A DNA stretch of 64,000 bases from Candidatus Oxydemutatoraceae bacterium (GCA_965218975.1 OZ244717.1:1120001-1184000), one strand, 5' to 3'. Positions 54,177 to 64,000 are shown, numbered from the stretch's first letter. Notes: generated from the letters alone by a model not told the origin. Made by a program: numbers and translations.

Positions 54177-55206
54177 TGACATGCTCGACATCAACGACAA
54201 TACCTATCGCTTCTCCGATTTTGTGATTATGGTGGCTGGGCGCAAAGCAATAAATCAATTCTTCATTTGCCAGTTTTAACCGATATAAAAACTCTGCCCC
54301 TCTGAATTGTTTCTCAATGATGACAGCCTGAAGTTCACTTTTGTCATTATGAATAATGTCGTCAGGGCGAATGAGCACTTTAACATTCTGCCCCGGAGCA
54401 TGTTGATTCGAGTTAGTACTGACGCGAAAGTTACCTAAGGCAGTAGCAACATAGCTATTTTCTGTTATTTCCCCCTTAAGCATACTGCCCATACCGACAA
54501 AGGTTGCGACTCTAAGCGATTCAGGCTCATGATAAATCTGATAAGCGCGGTTCCATTGCAACAAACGACCGGAGTCTATTACACCGAGCATGTCTGATAC
54601 CGCAAGCGCCTCATCTTGATTATGGGTAATTAATAAAGCAGTGGTATTTTGCTTTTTTATTAATCTCCGTACGTCGCGTGCCAATTGTAGTCTGAGTTCC
54701 GCATCCAAGTTGGAAAACGGTTCATCAAGCAATAATAACATGGGGTCCGGCGCTAGCGAACGCGCAAGAGCGACTCGTTGTTGCTGACCACCGGATAATT
54801 CGTGAGGATAGCGGTCGCGGCAATTTTCTAAGCCAATCAGCTGCAGCATTTCGTTAATTCGTTTGTGTCGTACCGTGCTCGGCAGCTTACTGATCCCGAA
54901 AGCGATATTCTCAGTGACGGTCAGATGCGGAAATAGAGAATATTCTTGAAACACCATACCAATTTTACGTTGCTCCGGTGCATAATGAATTTTAGGTGCG
55001 CTGACCACAGTACTATCAATACTGATGGTGCCCTCATCCGGTCGATAAAATCCTGCGATGCAACGCAGCAAGCTGGTTTTGCCACTGCCGCTAGGGCCGA
55101 GGAGACAGCCGATCTGTCCCTGTTGTAAAGCAAATGAAACATGGTCAATCACACGTTTCTTCCTTCGTGTGAGGACAACATTATTGATAGTTAGAAGCTC
55201 GTTCAT
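54133..55206 (-). CDS. Fe3+ ABC transporter ATP-binding protein (FbpC-like)
   Basis: GPSGSGKT, LSGGQQQR, LLLDEPF; operon with permease and binding protein. Confidence 0.9.
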   Translation of the reverse strand: MNELLTINNVVLTRRKKRVIDHVSFALQQGQIGCLLGPSGSGKTSLLRCIAGFYRPDEGTISIDSTVVSAPKIHYAPEQRKIGMVFQEYSLFPHLTVTENIAFGISKLPSTVRHKRINEMLQLIGLENCRDRYPHELSGGQQQRVALARSLAPDPMLLLLDEPFSNLDAELRLQLARDVRRLIKKQNTTALLITHNQDEALAVSDMLGVIDSGRLLQWNRAYQIYHEPESLRVATFVGMGSMLKGEITENSYVATALGNFRVSTNSNQHAPGQNVKVLIRPDDIIHNDKSELQAVIIEKQFRGAEFLYRLKLANEELIYCFAPSHHNHKIGEAIGIVVDVEHVIIFPSDQNLPEVFP

Positions 55207-56762
55207 TGTTTTTTTAGACGCAGTGCTCTGGTAAGTATTATGAGTGGCAAAAGCCCGATGACCGTGATGCTTAGAGCTGGCAATGCCATATCGGTTATTC
55301 TTTCATCGGCAGCCATTTCATAAGTTTTGACTGCAAACGTATTAAAGTTAAATGGTCGTAATGCTAATGTCGCAGGAAGTTCCTTGATCACATCAACAAA
55401 CACAAGTAATAAAGCAGTCAATATTGCCGGTTTGATAATGGGCAAATGGATCTTGTACAAAATACTACTGCGCGAAGCATTTAAAGTCTGAGCGGAATAA
55501 TCGAGGTTAATAGAAATTTTTTCCAGCGCTGCATTAACAGTATTGCTTCCCAGGGTCAAAAACCGTGCGATGTACGCGACAATTAGCATAAGGAAGCTAC
55601 CGCTCAATAATAAGCCGGTGATATCTTTGATAAAAGCTCCCAGACTCATCACCGCGGCGGCGATCACCACTCCAGGGACTGCATAGCCTGAGGTGGTGAC
55701 CCGTACAACCGAAAGGAATATCGGCGAAGTGTAAAAACGTCTGGCGTAAGCAAGTACTATAGAGCAAAATAGAATTAAGAGTGTCGCGATCAATGCGATA
55801 CTGAGGGTGTTGATTAACAAAACAAGGTATTCGTTCCAATCGGTATTCGCGGTATTAATATAGGTCCAGAATATCAGGTGTGAACTTGGAACTATAAATC
55901 CGAATAATATCGGGATAGCGCAGGCAATATTTGCTGCCAACGACTTCATTCCATGTAAATGATAAATTGGGTCCTTGCTACCTATAGATATTTCGGTATA
56001 TTGAGCGTGATTTCTGGTTTTTTTCTCCAAAGTAATCAATCCGGCGGTAAAGAATAGCAGGATAATTGATAACTGCGCCGCACCACTCAAGCTGTTTAAA
56101 CCAAACCAGGTATTCATAATTCCTAAGCTAAAAGTTTGAATGCCGAAATGTTGGACAGTACCATAATCGGCGAGTGTTTCCATGATTACAATTACGCAGC
56201 CGACCATAATCGCGGGTCGTCCCAGGGGTAAGGCGATTTTGAAAAAATTTTCCCAAGCATTTTTTTGTAGGATGCGTCCGGTTTCCAATAAACGATTGCT
56301 TTTTCCGTACCATGCGGAATATGCCAGCAGGTAAACGTACGGGTACAATGAAAATGTGATTACGGTGATTGCACCTTCAATTGAACGGATCGGTATCGGA
56401 ATACTAGTGCCGAACTGCGCCTTACTCCATACATAGAAGCTGCCGCCATAATCGAAAATTCCAGTATAAGTGTAAGCGATCACATAAGATGGGTAGGCAA
56501 GCGGCAATATTAGCGCCCATCGATAAAATTTTCTACCGACGAAGTCACAACTACTGCATAACCAGGCAGTCGCACTGCCGATAATGAAAGCACCGATAGC
56601 GGTGCCGGAACTTAGGACAAATGAATTAAAGAAATAGTCAGCAAGGACGGTGTCTATCAGATGTTGCCAAACACTTGGAGCGGGTACGAATAACCAAGCG
56701 ACTAGCGCTAATATGGGTAAACTGACTAGAATCGTGATTAAGCCGGTTAACCATAACAACAT
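55203..56762 (-). CDS. Fe3+ ABC transporter permease (FbpB/FutB-like)
   Basis: Duplicated permease: YPYVYLL, METLADYG, GYAVPG, KELPATL.LRPFNF. Confidence 0.9.
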   Translation of the reverse strand: MLLWLTGLITILVSLPILALVAWLFVPAPSVWQHLIDTVLADYFFNSFVLSSGTAIGAFIIGSATAWLCSSCDFVGRKFYRWALILPLAYPSYVIAYTYTGIFDYGGSFYVWSKAQFGTSIPIPIRSIEGAITVITFSLYPYVYLLAYSAWYGKSNRLLETGRILQKNAWENFFKIALPLGRPAIMVGCVIVIMETLADYGTVQHFGIQTFSLGIMNTWFGLNSLSGAAQLSIILLFFTAGLITLEKKTRNHAQYTEISIGSKDPIYHLHGMKSLAANIACAIPILFGFIVPSSHLIFWTYINTANTDWNEYLVLLINTLSIALIATLLILFCSIVLAYARRFYTSPIFLSVVRVTTSGYAVPGVVIAAAVMSLGAFIKDITGLLLSGSFLMLIVAYIARFLTLGSNTVNAALEKISINLDYSAQTLNASRSSILYKIHLPIIKPAILTALLLVFVDVIKELPATLALRPFNFNTFAVKTYEMAADERITDMALPALSITVIGLLPLIILTRALRLKKQ

Positions 56763-56786
56763 TGTTTCATCGGTAATTGATTGCCG

Positions 56787-57851
56787 CTAATGCCAACCGG
56801 CTTCATTCATTAACTTGAGCGCCTTAATGTTTAGTGCGCCAAGACGGCGTAAATTAATAGTATCTTTTTTGAAATCACCCCAATGTTTCAGTACGTTAGG
56901 CGAGGCGACATTCGGAATCATGGGATATTCATAATTTACTTTGGCATACCAAGCTTGTGCTTCAGGACTAGTTAAATATTTCAACAGCGTTAGCGCATGA
57001 TCAAAATGGAGGGCATTTTGGCTGATGCCGGCGCCGCTGATATTTATGTGGGCGCCGTGTCCGTTCTGGTCGGGAAAGATAATGTGCATTTTTTCAGCGG
57101 CTTTTCTATGCTCGATCTGATCGCTTTTCAGCATCATCGCTAGGTAATAAGTGTTGACAACGGCAATATCGCATAATCCATTTGCCGCTGCAAGTATTTG
57201 ATCCCGATCACCGCCGCTTGGCGGACGGGCGAAATTGGCAACCAGCCCTTTCAGCCACTGCAGTGTTGCCGTTTCATTGCTAGCGTCAAGAATTGAAGCG
57301 ACTAGGGATTGATTATAAATATTATTCGAAGAGCGAATACAAATTTTATTTTTCCATTGCGGATTCGCTAAATCCGCATAATTGCTTAGTGCATGCTCTG
57401 CGCTGGTACCTTTGACGGTTACGATGACACGTGAGCGAAGTGAAAGACCAAACCAACAACCTTCAGGGTCACGATAACTTTCTGGTATGTAATCAAAGGT
57501 TTGGGTTCCGATACAGCGGAGCAAATTTAAGGATTGTGCACGATATAAGCGTCCTGCATCGGTAGTAATCAGCAAATCAACGGGACTATTTTCTCCCTCC
57601 GCTTGAAGACGAGCAAGCAAGGCATCAGCCTTGCCGGTCACCAAATTGACTCGGATGCCGCTTTCCTTAGTAAATTCCTGCAATAATGGTTTGATTAGGT
57701 CCTCCTTGCGTGCCGAATAAACATTGACTACTGATTCGTCTGTCGCTTGGCTATCAGCAGGAATATCCGGAGAAAGGAACAGAATCCAGCATGATAAAAG
57801 CGCGAAAAATGTTCGTTGGAGTGGTTTTGGGAAGAGGGCTTCTATCTTCAT
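56787..57851 (-). CDS. Fe3+ ABC transporter substrate-binding protein (FbpA/FutA-like)
   Basis: VNVYSAR, YNQSL, GGDRDQI, NTYY, HINISG, NYEYP. Confidence 0.92.
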   Translation of the reverse strand: MKIEALFPKPLQRTFFALLSCWILFLSPDIPADSQATDESVVNVYSARKEDLIKPLLQEFTKESGIRVNLVTGKADALLARLQAEGENSPVDLLITTDAGRLYRAQSLNLLRCIGTQTFDYIPESYRDPEGCWFGLSLRSRVIVTVKGTSAEHALSNYADLANPQWKNKICIRSSNNIYNQSLVASILDASNETATLQWLKGLVANFARPPSGGDRDQILAAANGLCDIAVVNTYYLAMMLKSDQIEHRKAAEKMHIIFPDQNGHGAHINISGAGISQNALHFDHALTLLKYLTSPEAQAWYAKVNYEYPMIPNVASPNVLKHWGDFKKDTINLRRLGALNIKALKLMNEAGWH

Positions 57852-57869
57852 GAGAAATTAGTAAGCGTT

Positions 57870-57915
57870 AATAAGAATAATTCTTATTTTATGTTAGTCA
57901 CAATCGTAATGTCAA
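57870..57915 (-). promoter_or_regulatory. Fur box overlapping a sigma70 promoter for the Fe3+ transporter
   Basis: Perfect 9-1-9 palindrome AATAAGAAT-A-ATTCTTATT (57870-57888); minus-strand TTGACA (57915-57910), 18 bp, TAAAAT (57891-57886). Confidence 0.78.
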
Positions 57916-58028
57916 ATATCATATCGGAGCGGCGGCTAAAAGGCAGTTAAAGATAGCTGTTTGGTCGGATACGCCGCATCGCATAGAATAGTGCGTTTTA
58001 TTGCTCAAGCAACAGAAGGAAGTGAATC

Positions 58029-58946
58029 GTGTCTATGGCGCAATACGATGGCTGGATTTGGATAGATGGTAAATGGACCGCTTGGCGGGATGCTCAAGTG
58101 CATATCCTAACACATACGCTTCATTATGGAATGGGTGTATTCGAAGGTGTGCGCGCTTATCAGGGGGATTCCGGCACTGCGATTTTTCGCTTGAAAGATC
58201 ATACCCGTAGGTTATTTGATTCGGCGCATGCGTTACGGATGAAGATACCGTACTCGTTTGAGCAAGTGAATGGAATCCAAAAGGAAGTGCTGCGCAAAAA
58301 CGGTTTATCTTCCGCTTATATTCGTCCGATTGTATTTTATGGCGCTGAAAGTATGGGGCTACATGCAAAGGATTTGCAGGTGCATTTTTCCGTTATTGCA
58401 TGGGATTGGGGTTCTTATCTGGGCGAAGAGAATATTGAGAAAGGTATTCGTGTTAAGACTTCGTCATTTGCTCGGCATCACGTAAACTCAATGATGTCAA
58501 AAGTGAAGGCGAATGGGAATTATATGAATTCGATGCTGGCTCTGCAGGAAGCGCTTGATGCAGGTTGTGACGAAGCGTTGATGCTTGACGTTGATGGATA
58601 TGTGAGCGAAGGCAGCGGTGAAAATATTTTTATCGTGCGTGACAAAGTATTGATTACACCACAGATATTGTCGGTGCTCAATGGCGTAACACGTCGCACT
58701 ATCATCACTTTAGCGCGCGAGGGCGGTTATGAAGTGCGTGAACTGCAATTCACGCGCGATATGATTTATACTGCCGATGAGGCATTTTTCACCGGTACTG
58801 CGGCAGAGGTGATGCCGATTCGCGAATTGGATAAACGAATCATCGGCAACGGCGGCCGCGGTCCTATAACTCGCAAGCTCCAGCAATTATATTTTGATGT
58901 CGTGCGTGGCAAGCATGGTCACGAGGAATGGTTAGCACATATTTAA
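58029..58946 (+). CDS. ilvE: Branched-chain amino acid aminotransferase
   Basis: THTLHYG.GVFEG, KANGNY, EGSGENIF, L.GVTR, GTAAEV. Confidence 0.96.
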   Translation: MSMAQYDGWIWIDGKWTAWRDAQVHILTHTLHYGMGVFEGVRAYQGDSGTAIFRLKDHTRRLFDSAHALRMKIPYSFEQVNGIQKEVLRKNGLSSAYIRPIVFYGAESMGLHAKDLQVHFSVIAWDWGSYLGEENIEKGIRVKTSSFARHHVNSMMSKVKANGNYMNSMLALQEALDAGCDEALMLDVDGYVSEGSGENIFIVRDKVLITPQILSVLNGVTRRTIITLAREGGYEVRELQFTRDMIYTADEAFFTGTAAEVMPIRELDKRIIGNGGRGPITRKLQQLYFDVVRGKHGHEEWLAHI

Positions 58947-58984
58947 TCTTATGTTACTGTCGCACCTTTTGAGGTGTTTTAATA

Positions 58985-60418
58985 ATGCGTCACGTATTGC
59001 CTTTGCCTGATTTTTCCGCTATCAAGATGCTAGTGGTCGGAGATGTAATGCTTGACTACTACCGTTATGGCAACGCCGACCGCATTTCTCCGGAAGCGCC
59101 GGTTCAAGTAGTGCGAATCGATAAAGAGGTTGATTGTTTGGGAGGAGCGGCGAATGTCGCTGCTAATGTTGCAAGTTTGGGTGCGCAAGTTACTCTGATA
59201 GGATTGAGTGGGGATGATCCTCAAGCAAAAGTGCTGGAATCATTACTTGGCCGGCAAGGCATTACCCATCAATTAGTGCATGTTCCCGGTAGCCGAACGA
59301 TCGTAAAATCCCGTATTGTAAGCGATAATCAGCAATTACTACGTTTGGATTATGAAAATGAGTTTCCCGCAATTTCACTTGCCGAAGTCAAACGATTTTT
59401 CAATTCGGCTATTACGCAAGTTGATGCAGTTATTTTTTCGGATTATGCAAAAGGTTGTTTGCGCAATATAAGGGATTTGATTAGCCAAGCGAATACTGTC
59501 GGCAAAGCTGTTTTTGTTGATCCGAAAAGTGTTGACTTGTCGATTTACGCATCGGCAACCATGTTAACTCCAAACTTTGTTGAGTTTTGCGTTGCTGCCG
59601 GCATTTATCCCGGCATTGATGTGGATGAACAGGTAATTGTTTCCGCCGCCGAAAAAATTCGCGCTCGTTTACAGCTCGAAGCTTTGTTAATCACTCGTGG
59701 CGAGCAGGGGATGACTTTGGTAGAAAAAAGCAAGCCGGCAGTGCGCTTGATTGCGCAGGCGCACGAAGTGTATGATACAACCGGTGCGGGGGATACGGTC
59801 ATCTCAGTATTAGCTTCGGCATATACTTGCGGGCAAACTTTTCTGCAATCGATGCGTTTGGCTAACGCCGCTGCCGGCTTGGCAGTGATGAAAGCGGGCA
59901 CGACAATCGTCAATGTTGATGAACTTGCGCATGCAGCGGGAGGCGGCGACGTGTCAGGAGTTTATTCCGTAACCGAAATTGTCGGTTTGGTTGAACAATT
60001 GCGCGTCAAAGGGCAAACAATTGTTGTAACCAACGGTTGTTTTGATCTTTTACATTTAGGGCATATTGAATATTTAAAGGAAGCGGCATTGCTGGGTGAT
60101 AAATTAATTGTTTTGGTCAACGATGATGATTCGGTACGACGTTTGAAAGGGGCGGGACGTCCGATAAATCGATTGAATGAACGTATGCAATTATTGGTGG
60201 CATTGGAGCCGGTTGATTGCGTCGTGCCATTTTCCGATGACACACCGGAAAGTTTGATTGAGCTGATTCGTCCGGATGTATTGGTGAAGGGAGGCGATTA
60301 TAAACCTGAAGATATTGCCGGCTATGACACTGTTGCTAAATATGGCGGCAATACGATCGTACTTGATTACCTCAACGGTTATTCAACTAGCGAATTGATT
60401 AAACAAATTCGCAAATAA
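58985..60418 (+). CDS. hldE: Bifunctional heptose 7-phosphate kinase / heptose 1-phosphate adenylyltransferase
   Basis: RISPEAPV, D.TGAGDTV, TNGCFDLLH.GH, LVKGGDY. Confidence 0.96.
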   Translation: MRHVLPLPDFSAIKMLVVGDVMLDYYRYGNADRISPEAPVQVVRIDKEVDCLGGAANVAANVASLGAQVTLIGLSGDDPQAKVLESLLGRQGITHQLVHVPGSRTIVKSRIVSDNQQLLRLDYENEFPAISLAEVKRFFNSAITQVDAVIFSDYAKGCLRNIRDLISQANTVGKAVFVDPKSVDLSIYASATMLTPNFVEFCVAAGIYPGIDVDEQVIVSAAEKIRARLQLEALLITRGEQGMTLVEKSKPAVRLIAQAHEVYDTTGAGDTVISVLASAYTCGQTFLQSMRLANAAAGLAVMKAGTTIVNVDELAHAAGGGDVSGVYSVTEIVGLVEQLRVKGQTIVVTNGCFDLLHLGHIEYLKEAALLGDKLIVLVNDDDSVRRLKGAGRPINRLNERMQLLVALEPVDCVVPFSDDTPESLIELIRPDVLVKGGDYKPEDIAGYDTVAKYGGNTIVLDYLNGYSTSELIKQIRK

Positions 60419-61482
60419 TGCCGGAGGTCGCAGCAAAAATTCAAGAGAGGAATCAAGTGTCGGAGCGTATTTTGGTGGTCGGACCTGCGTGGGTGGGCGA
60501 CATGTTATTGTCGCAATCCTTGTATAAGAGTCTATGGTCGCGATTTCCTCAGGTACCGATTGATGTTATTGCTCCTGCTTGGTCTAAAGCTTTATTGCAT
60601 CGTATGCCGGAAGTGAACGATGCGATTGAATTACCGATAAGTCATGGCGAATTAAAAATAAACGTACGTTACCGTTACGGCAGAGACCTGCGCCGACGTC
60701 AATATTCGCACGCAATTGTGTTGCCGCGTTCATTCAAATCCGCATTATTGCCGTGGTTTGCCAATATTCCGCAACGGACAGGGTACCGTGGAGAGATACG
60801 CTATGGTTTGATTAACGATATGCGGCCACTGGATAAGCGTGTTTTACCTCGAACAATCGATCGGCAAGTGTTTCTCGGGCATCCACCCGGAACAAAACCG
60901 GGAACTTATAAAATTGATATGCCGTGTCTGCAAGTTGATCATGGTAATGCACTACGTTGTTTAGAACGATTACAATTAAATATGCAGCGCCAAGTTCTTG
61001 CACTACTACCTGGTGCGGCATACGGTCGGTCTAAACGTTGGCCGCCGAAATATTTTTCCGAAGTCGCCGACTATTATGCGCAAAAGGGTTTTCAAATATG
61101 GATTTTTGGCTCTCCGAATGAAGCGGTGTTGGCAGAAGAGATCATGTCGGCAGCAAAGTGTTTGATTGCAGATCTTTGTGGAAAACTATCGCTTGAGGAG
61201 GTGATTGACGTATTGTCTCTTGTGTCTTTGGCAATTAGTAACGATTCCGGTTTGATGCATGTTGCTGCGGCAGTCGGATGCCCTCTTGTTGTGGTGTACG
61301 GATCGTCATCGCCTGAGTACACGCCGCCGATGACTTCACGTGCGCAGATTTTGAGGCAAAAAAATTTATCTTGCAGCCCCTGCTATAAGCCGACCTGCCG
61401 TTATGGTCATTATAATTGCTTAACTCGCATTACTCCAACTGAAGCTTGTCGCGCGGGCGAACGTGTTTTCTCACAAGATTAA
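60418..61482 (+). CDS. waaF: Lipopolysaccharide heptosyltransferase II (alternative GTG start at 60457)
   Basis: GPAWVGDM, LP.SFKSA, PGA.YG.SKRWP, NDSGLMH. Confidence 0.95.
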   Translation: MPEVAAKIQERNQVSERILVVGPAWVGDMLLSQSLYKSLWSRFPQVPIDVIAPAWSKALLHRMPEVNDAIELPISHGELKINVRYRYGRDLRRRQYSHAIVLPRSFKSALLPWFANIPQRTGYRGEIRYGLINDMRPLDKRVLPRTIDRQVFLGHPPGTKPGTYKIDMPCLQVDHGNALRCLERLQLNMQRQVLALLPGAAYGRSKRWPPKYFSEVADYYAQKGFQIWIFGSPNEAVLAEEIMSAAKCLIADLCGKLSLEEVIDVLSLVSLAISNDSGLMHVAAAVGCPLVVVYGSSSPEYTPPMTSRAQILRQKNLSCSPCYKPTCRYGHYNCLTRITPTEACRAGERVFSQD

Positions 61483-61915
61483 TTAATCTGCCAATAGTCA
61501 ATAGTTGCGACAGTTTATCGTAATCGTATATTTACTGCCGTTCGTCGGTTTTTGCCTTAATTTATAAAGATAAATCTGCATCATTAGTTCGCATGTAAAT
61601 GCGGGACGACTATTATTATTGATTTACAGGTGAGTATGTACGGTGGAAAACTGTTATCACCTGCGGTCTTTAAGCAGATTTACTGCAAGATTTGGTTAAG
61701 AAACTCGCTGTCAAACCGGAGCAAAACATCAAAGCCATATCAATTACCGAATATGATTATCCCCAATCAAAGCTGCTACGGTTGCAGTTATTATTGATGA
61801 TGTTGCAATGATACGGCATAACGATATAACGATCATGTCGCCCAGCTTACGAGAGATAAACAAAGTTTTGTTTTTCCTCGGAGAAGGACGCCGTAAGGCG
61901 TTATAGGGGTGCTAA

Positions 61916-62476
61916 TTGACGAATAAGTTGTTTCCGGGCGCTGTGACGATTAGAGGTCGCTGTTGTGTTTTGATTGAGGATATTGTCGGAAGCTATTTTC
62001 CTGAGTGTGATGATATTGTGCCATTTTCTGATTTCAAAGGTATTGCAAATTTTTGTTCGCGACATAAACTGACACAGCTCCGCAAGCAATATCCGCAAGT
62101 TCCGGTATATGGGATTTGGCAAATCGTTTTTGCTTCTTATCAAGACTGGAATGAAGAACTATACGCAATTTATTTTGATGATAACCATTACGAAGGATTA
62201 TTTCTATTGCATAAAAATAGTGAATTCAACAGCGGTCGAATTGCCCAAGGCAAGGCATTAAATCCGTTTGCCGTCAGTTTAGCGAATGCGCAACAGATTA
62301 TGCTAAAGGAGGACGAAATAACTTTTCCCAACCACCCGATTCTGACCGCGGTCGAATGTGAGGCGCAGATGCGGATTAGGATATACCGAATTGCGGTGAT
62401 TTTGATAGCGGGATTTATGGCCGCTACTCTATTGTTTTTTATCATGCAATGGGTGACAGGTTACTTTTACTTGTAA
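61916..62476 (+). CDS. Hypothetical protein with a C-terminal transmembrane helix
   Basis: 186-codon ORF, TTG start with an AGGGG SD-like sequence, hydrophobic C-terminus; no family recognised. Confidence 0.55.
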   Translation: MTNKLFPGAVTIRGRCCVLIEDIVGSYFPECDDIVPFSDFKGIANFCSRHKLTQLRKQYPQVPVYGIWQIVFASYQDWNEELYAIYFDDNHYEGLFLLHKNSEFNSGRIAQGKALNPFAVSLANAQQIMLKEDEITFPNHPILTAVECEAQMRIRIYRIAVILIAGFMAATLLFFIMQWVTGYFYL

Positions 62477-62496
62477 CGTCTTAACAATACCAATAA

Positions 62497-63132
62497 TCCG
62501 AGCGTACGTTAAAGTGTCTTGAGCCTCACAACTGCCTTGTGAGTCCTGATTATGTTCTTGAGGATGAGTTTCGTTATTCAGGAGTTGATCAAGCGCTGAT
62601 TCCTATGGAGCTACGATACCGTAGAAAGGGTAAAATCCCTGCTTTTGAGATCGATATAGAGAAGATAGCAAGCAAAAAGGACTTAGACTCATGCTTTAAA
62701 AACCCCTTAGTTCAAGTAAGCGTAACTTCAGTTTTAACAAACCCTCATTTAGAAAAGATGAAAAAAGATAAACCTAAAGTTCTAAAGGATTACATACAAA
62801 GCCATACTTGTAATCAACTTAGTTGGATCAAAATACGCAAAGATGAAGGAGTGCTCAAAAGAAGGCTAGGCCACAGATGTCCTGCTTTACATGGCATGTC
62901 AGGGTCTTTTATGAATCTTGAGTGTAATAACAAAAGAGATCTTTTTGTTTATAGGGGACAGAGACTCACAGGTACTAGTGATGAGATTTACAAAAAAGCA
63001 GAATCAGGTGAGATCATTTACCCTTCTGAATATGAAGAAAGAGAATCTTTTAAAAACACAGCCACTTATATTGAGCCTGAGCTTCTTGAATTTCACTTTA
63101 ACAACTACTGCGGGCCCTATTACAGCTTATAA
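62497..63132 (+). pseudogene. 5'-truncated, compositionally foreign ORF resembling the C-terminal part of a trypsin-like serine peptidase
   Basis: VDQALI (catalytic Asp-like) and HRCPALHGMSGS (GxSGS Ser motif); frame open only from 62497; no convincing start; CpG-poor. Confidence 0.5.
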
Positions 63133-63157
63133 AGAAACACAAAGTTTTAAGGCATTC

Positions 63158-64000
63158 GTCTGAATGCCAAAGGACAAACAAAACGACCGTTTAAGCACTG
63201 CCGCACGCGCAAGCTGCAACACTTCAAAGCACAGTTATCCGGGGCAATCCGGGGCATTGCATCGCAAATAGATACGATTGCGCGTGATCGGCACGGAGTG
63301 CGCCGCACTATATTAACGGTGTACGTGTCCGGAGACATAGATGTCTATACCCGTATGGCAACGGCAACCGGCCGCTGTAACAACTGCCGCATGCTGCATT
63401 CCCGCGCTTGACCTCGGCGGTGCTGCCGCAACCGGTAAAATACATCCTGACCGACAACGGCAGCGCGTTTCAAAGGCAGTTTGCCCGGCTCATCCGGGAA
63501 TCACCTGCGATCGAGCAACGGCCGATCGACCCTAAGTGTCTAAAGATGAACGCGCACGTCGAACGGTTTAACTGTACCGTTCGGCGCACCGTCTTGGAAG
63601 ATCGGATTGATTATGCAAAAGACCTGCTATTCACCGACACGCAAGTATTCAATAACCGGTTGTGAAACCGTTTTGTGTTTGTTGGCGGGTTATCAGCACA
63701 GTACTTGTCATCCATGACGGGACTTGGTTCTGTTAATCAGCGCCAGCCCCGACGTCCTTGTCGGGTCGTTCGCCGCTGAAAACCGATCGGTTTTCCGGGC
63801 GCGTCTCACCCTGACCGACAACGGCAGCGCGTTTCAAAGGCAGTTTGCCCGGCTCATCCGGGAATCACCCGTGATTGTGCAGTGGCTGACCTATCTCAAG
63901 TGTCCAAAAATGAACGCGCATATCGAGCGCTTCAACCGCACCGTCCAAAAAGATTGTACCGATCATGCAGAAGACCTGCTATTCGCCGATACGGAAGCAT
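63158..64000 (+). pseudogene. Second IS481-family transposase remnant (opposite orientation to the first, runs off the right edge)
   Basis: RLNAKGQTKRPFK matches 44930-44960 in reverse; ILTDNGS and KMNAH.ERFN.T present twice; frameshifts and a 10-bp tandem ATCCGGGGCA duplication. Confidence 0.82.
63663..63813 (-). repeat. Structured element copy E6 (core 63692-63808)
   Basis: Reverse complement of the E1-E5 unit, same orientation relative to the transposase. Confidence 0.93.

Noticed and set aside
63446-64000. Diversity-generating retroelement TR/VR pair
   Set aside because: Mismatches are mostly C/T transitions rather than adenine-specific, and there is no reverse transcriptase in the window.
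44329-64000. Composite transposon or inversion bounded by the two oppositely oriented IS481 relics
   Set aside because: The enclosed genes are core genes and holA keeps its ancestral orientation relative to leuS-lptE; both elements are defective.

Overview
Core chromosomal segment of a moderately AT-rich (by eye roughly mid-40s % GC) Gammaproteobacterium; the taxon is inferred from gene content and order. In order: msrA (cut by the left edge), an apparently recent IS1634-family element with perfect 19-bp TIRs and an exact 116-bp target duplication, ptrB, tRNA-Ala(CGC), thpR, and tRNA-Tyr/Gly/Thr-tuf joined directly to the S10-spc-alpha ribosomal protein superoperon. Next come Pho-box-linked pstS with an OprO/P porin, uvrA-MFS-ssb, galE/wbpV/wbpL/wbpM-like glycan genes, miaB-phoH-ybeY-corC-lnt-manC-leuS-lptE, a shattered IS481-family element, a garR-like gene, holA-proA-nadD-rsfS-yhdP, a Fur-boxed Fe3+ ABC transporter, ilvE, hldE and waaF. 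The window ends in an accessory tail: an ORFan, a compositionally foreign trypsin-like peptidase fragment and a second IS481 remnant. The most unusual signal is a 117-bp (39-codon) hairpin-rich element found six times, only inside the two IS481 transposase relics. It has a compensated palindrome, two CAnGGAyG (CsrA/RsmA-type) hairpin loops and a fixed end that always joins at CCCT(G/A). Other oddities are a 30-nt perfect antisense copy of the tRNA-Ala anticodon/T arm just upstream of thpR, a probable ATT start codon for the porin, a tufB-5'/tufA-3' hybrid context and a long acidic tail on L3. All calls come from reading the sequence and the ORF track; no searches were run.
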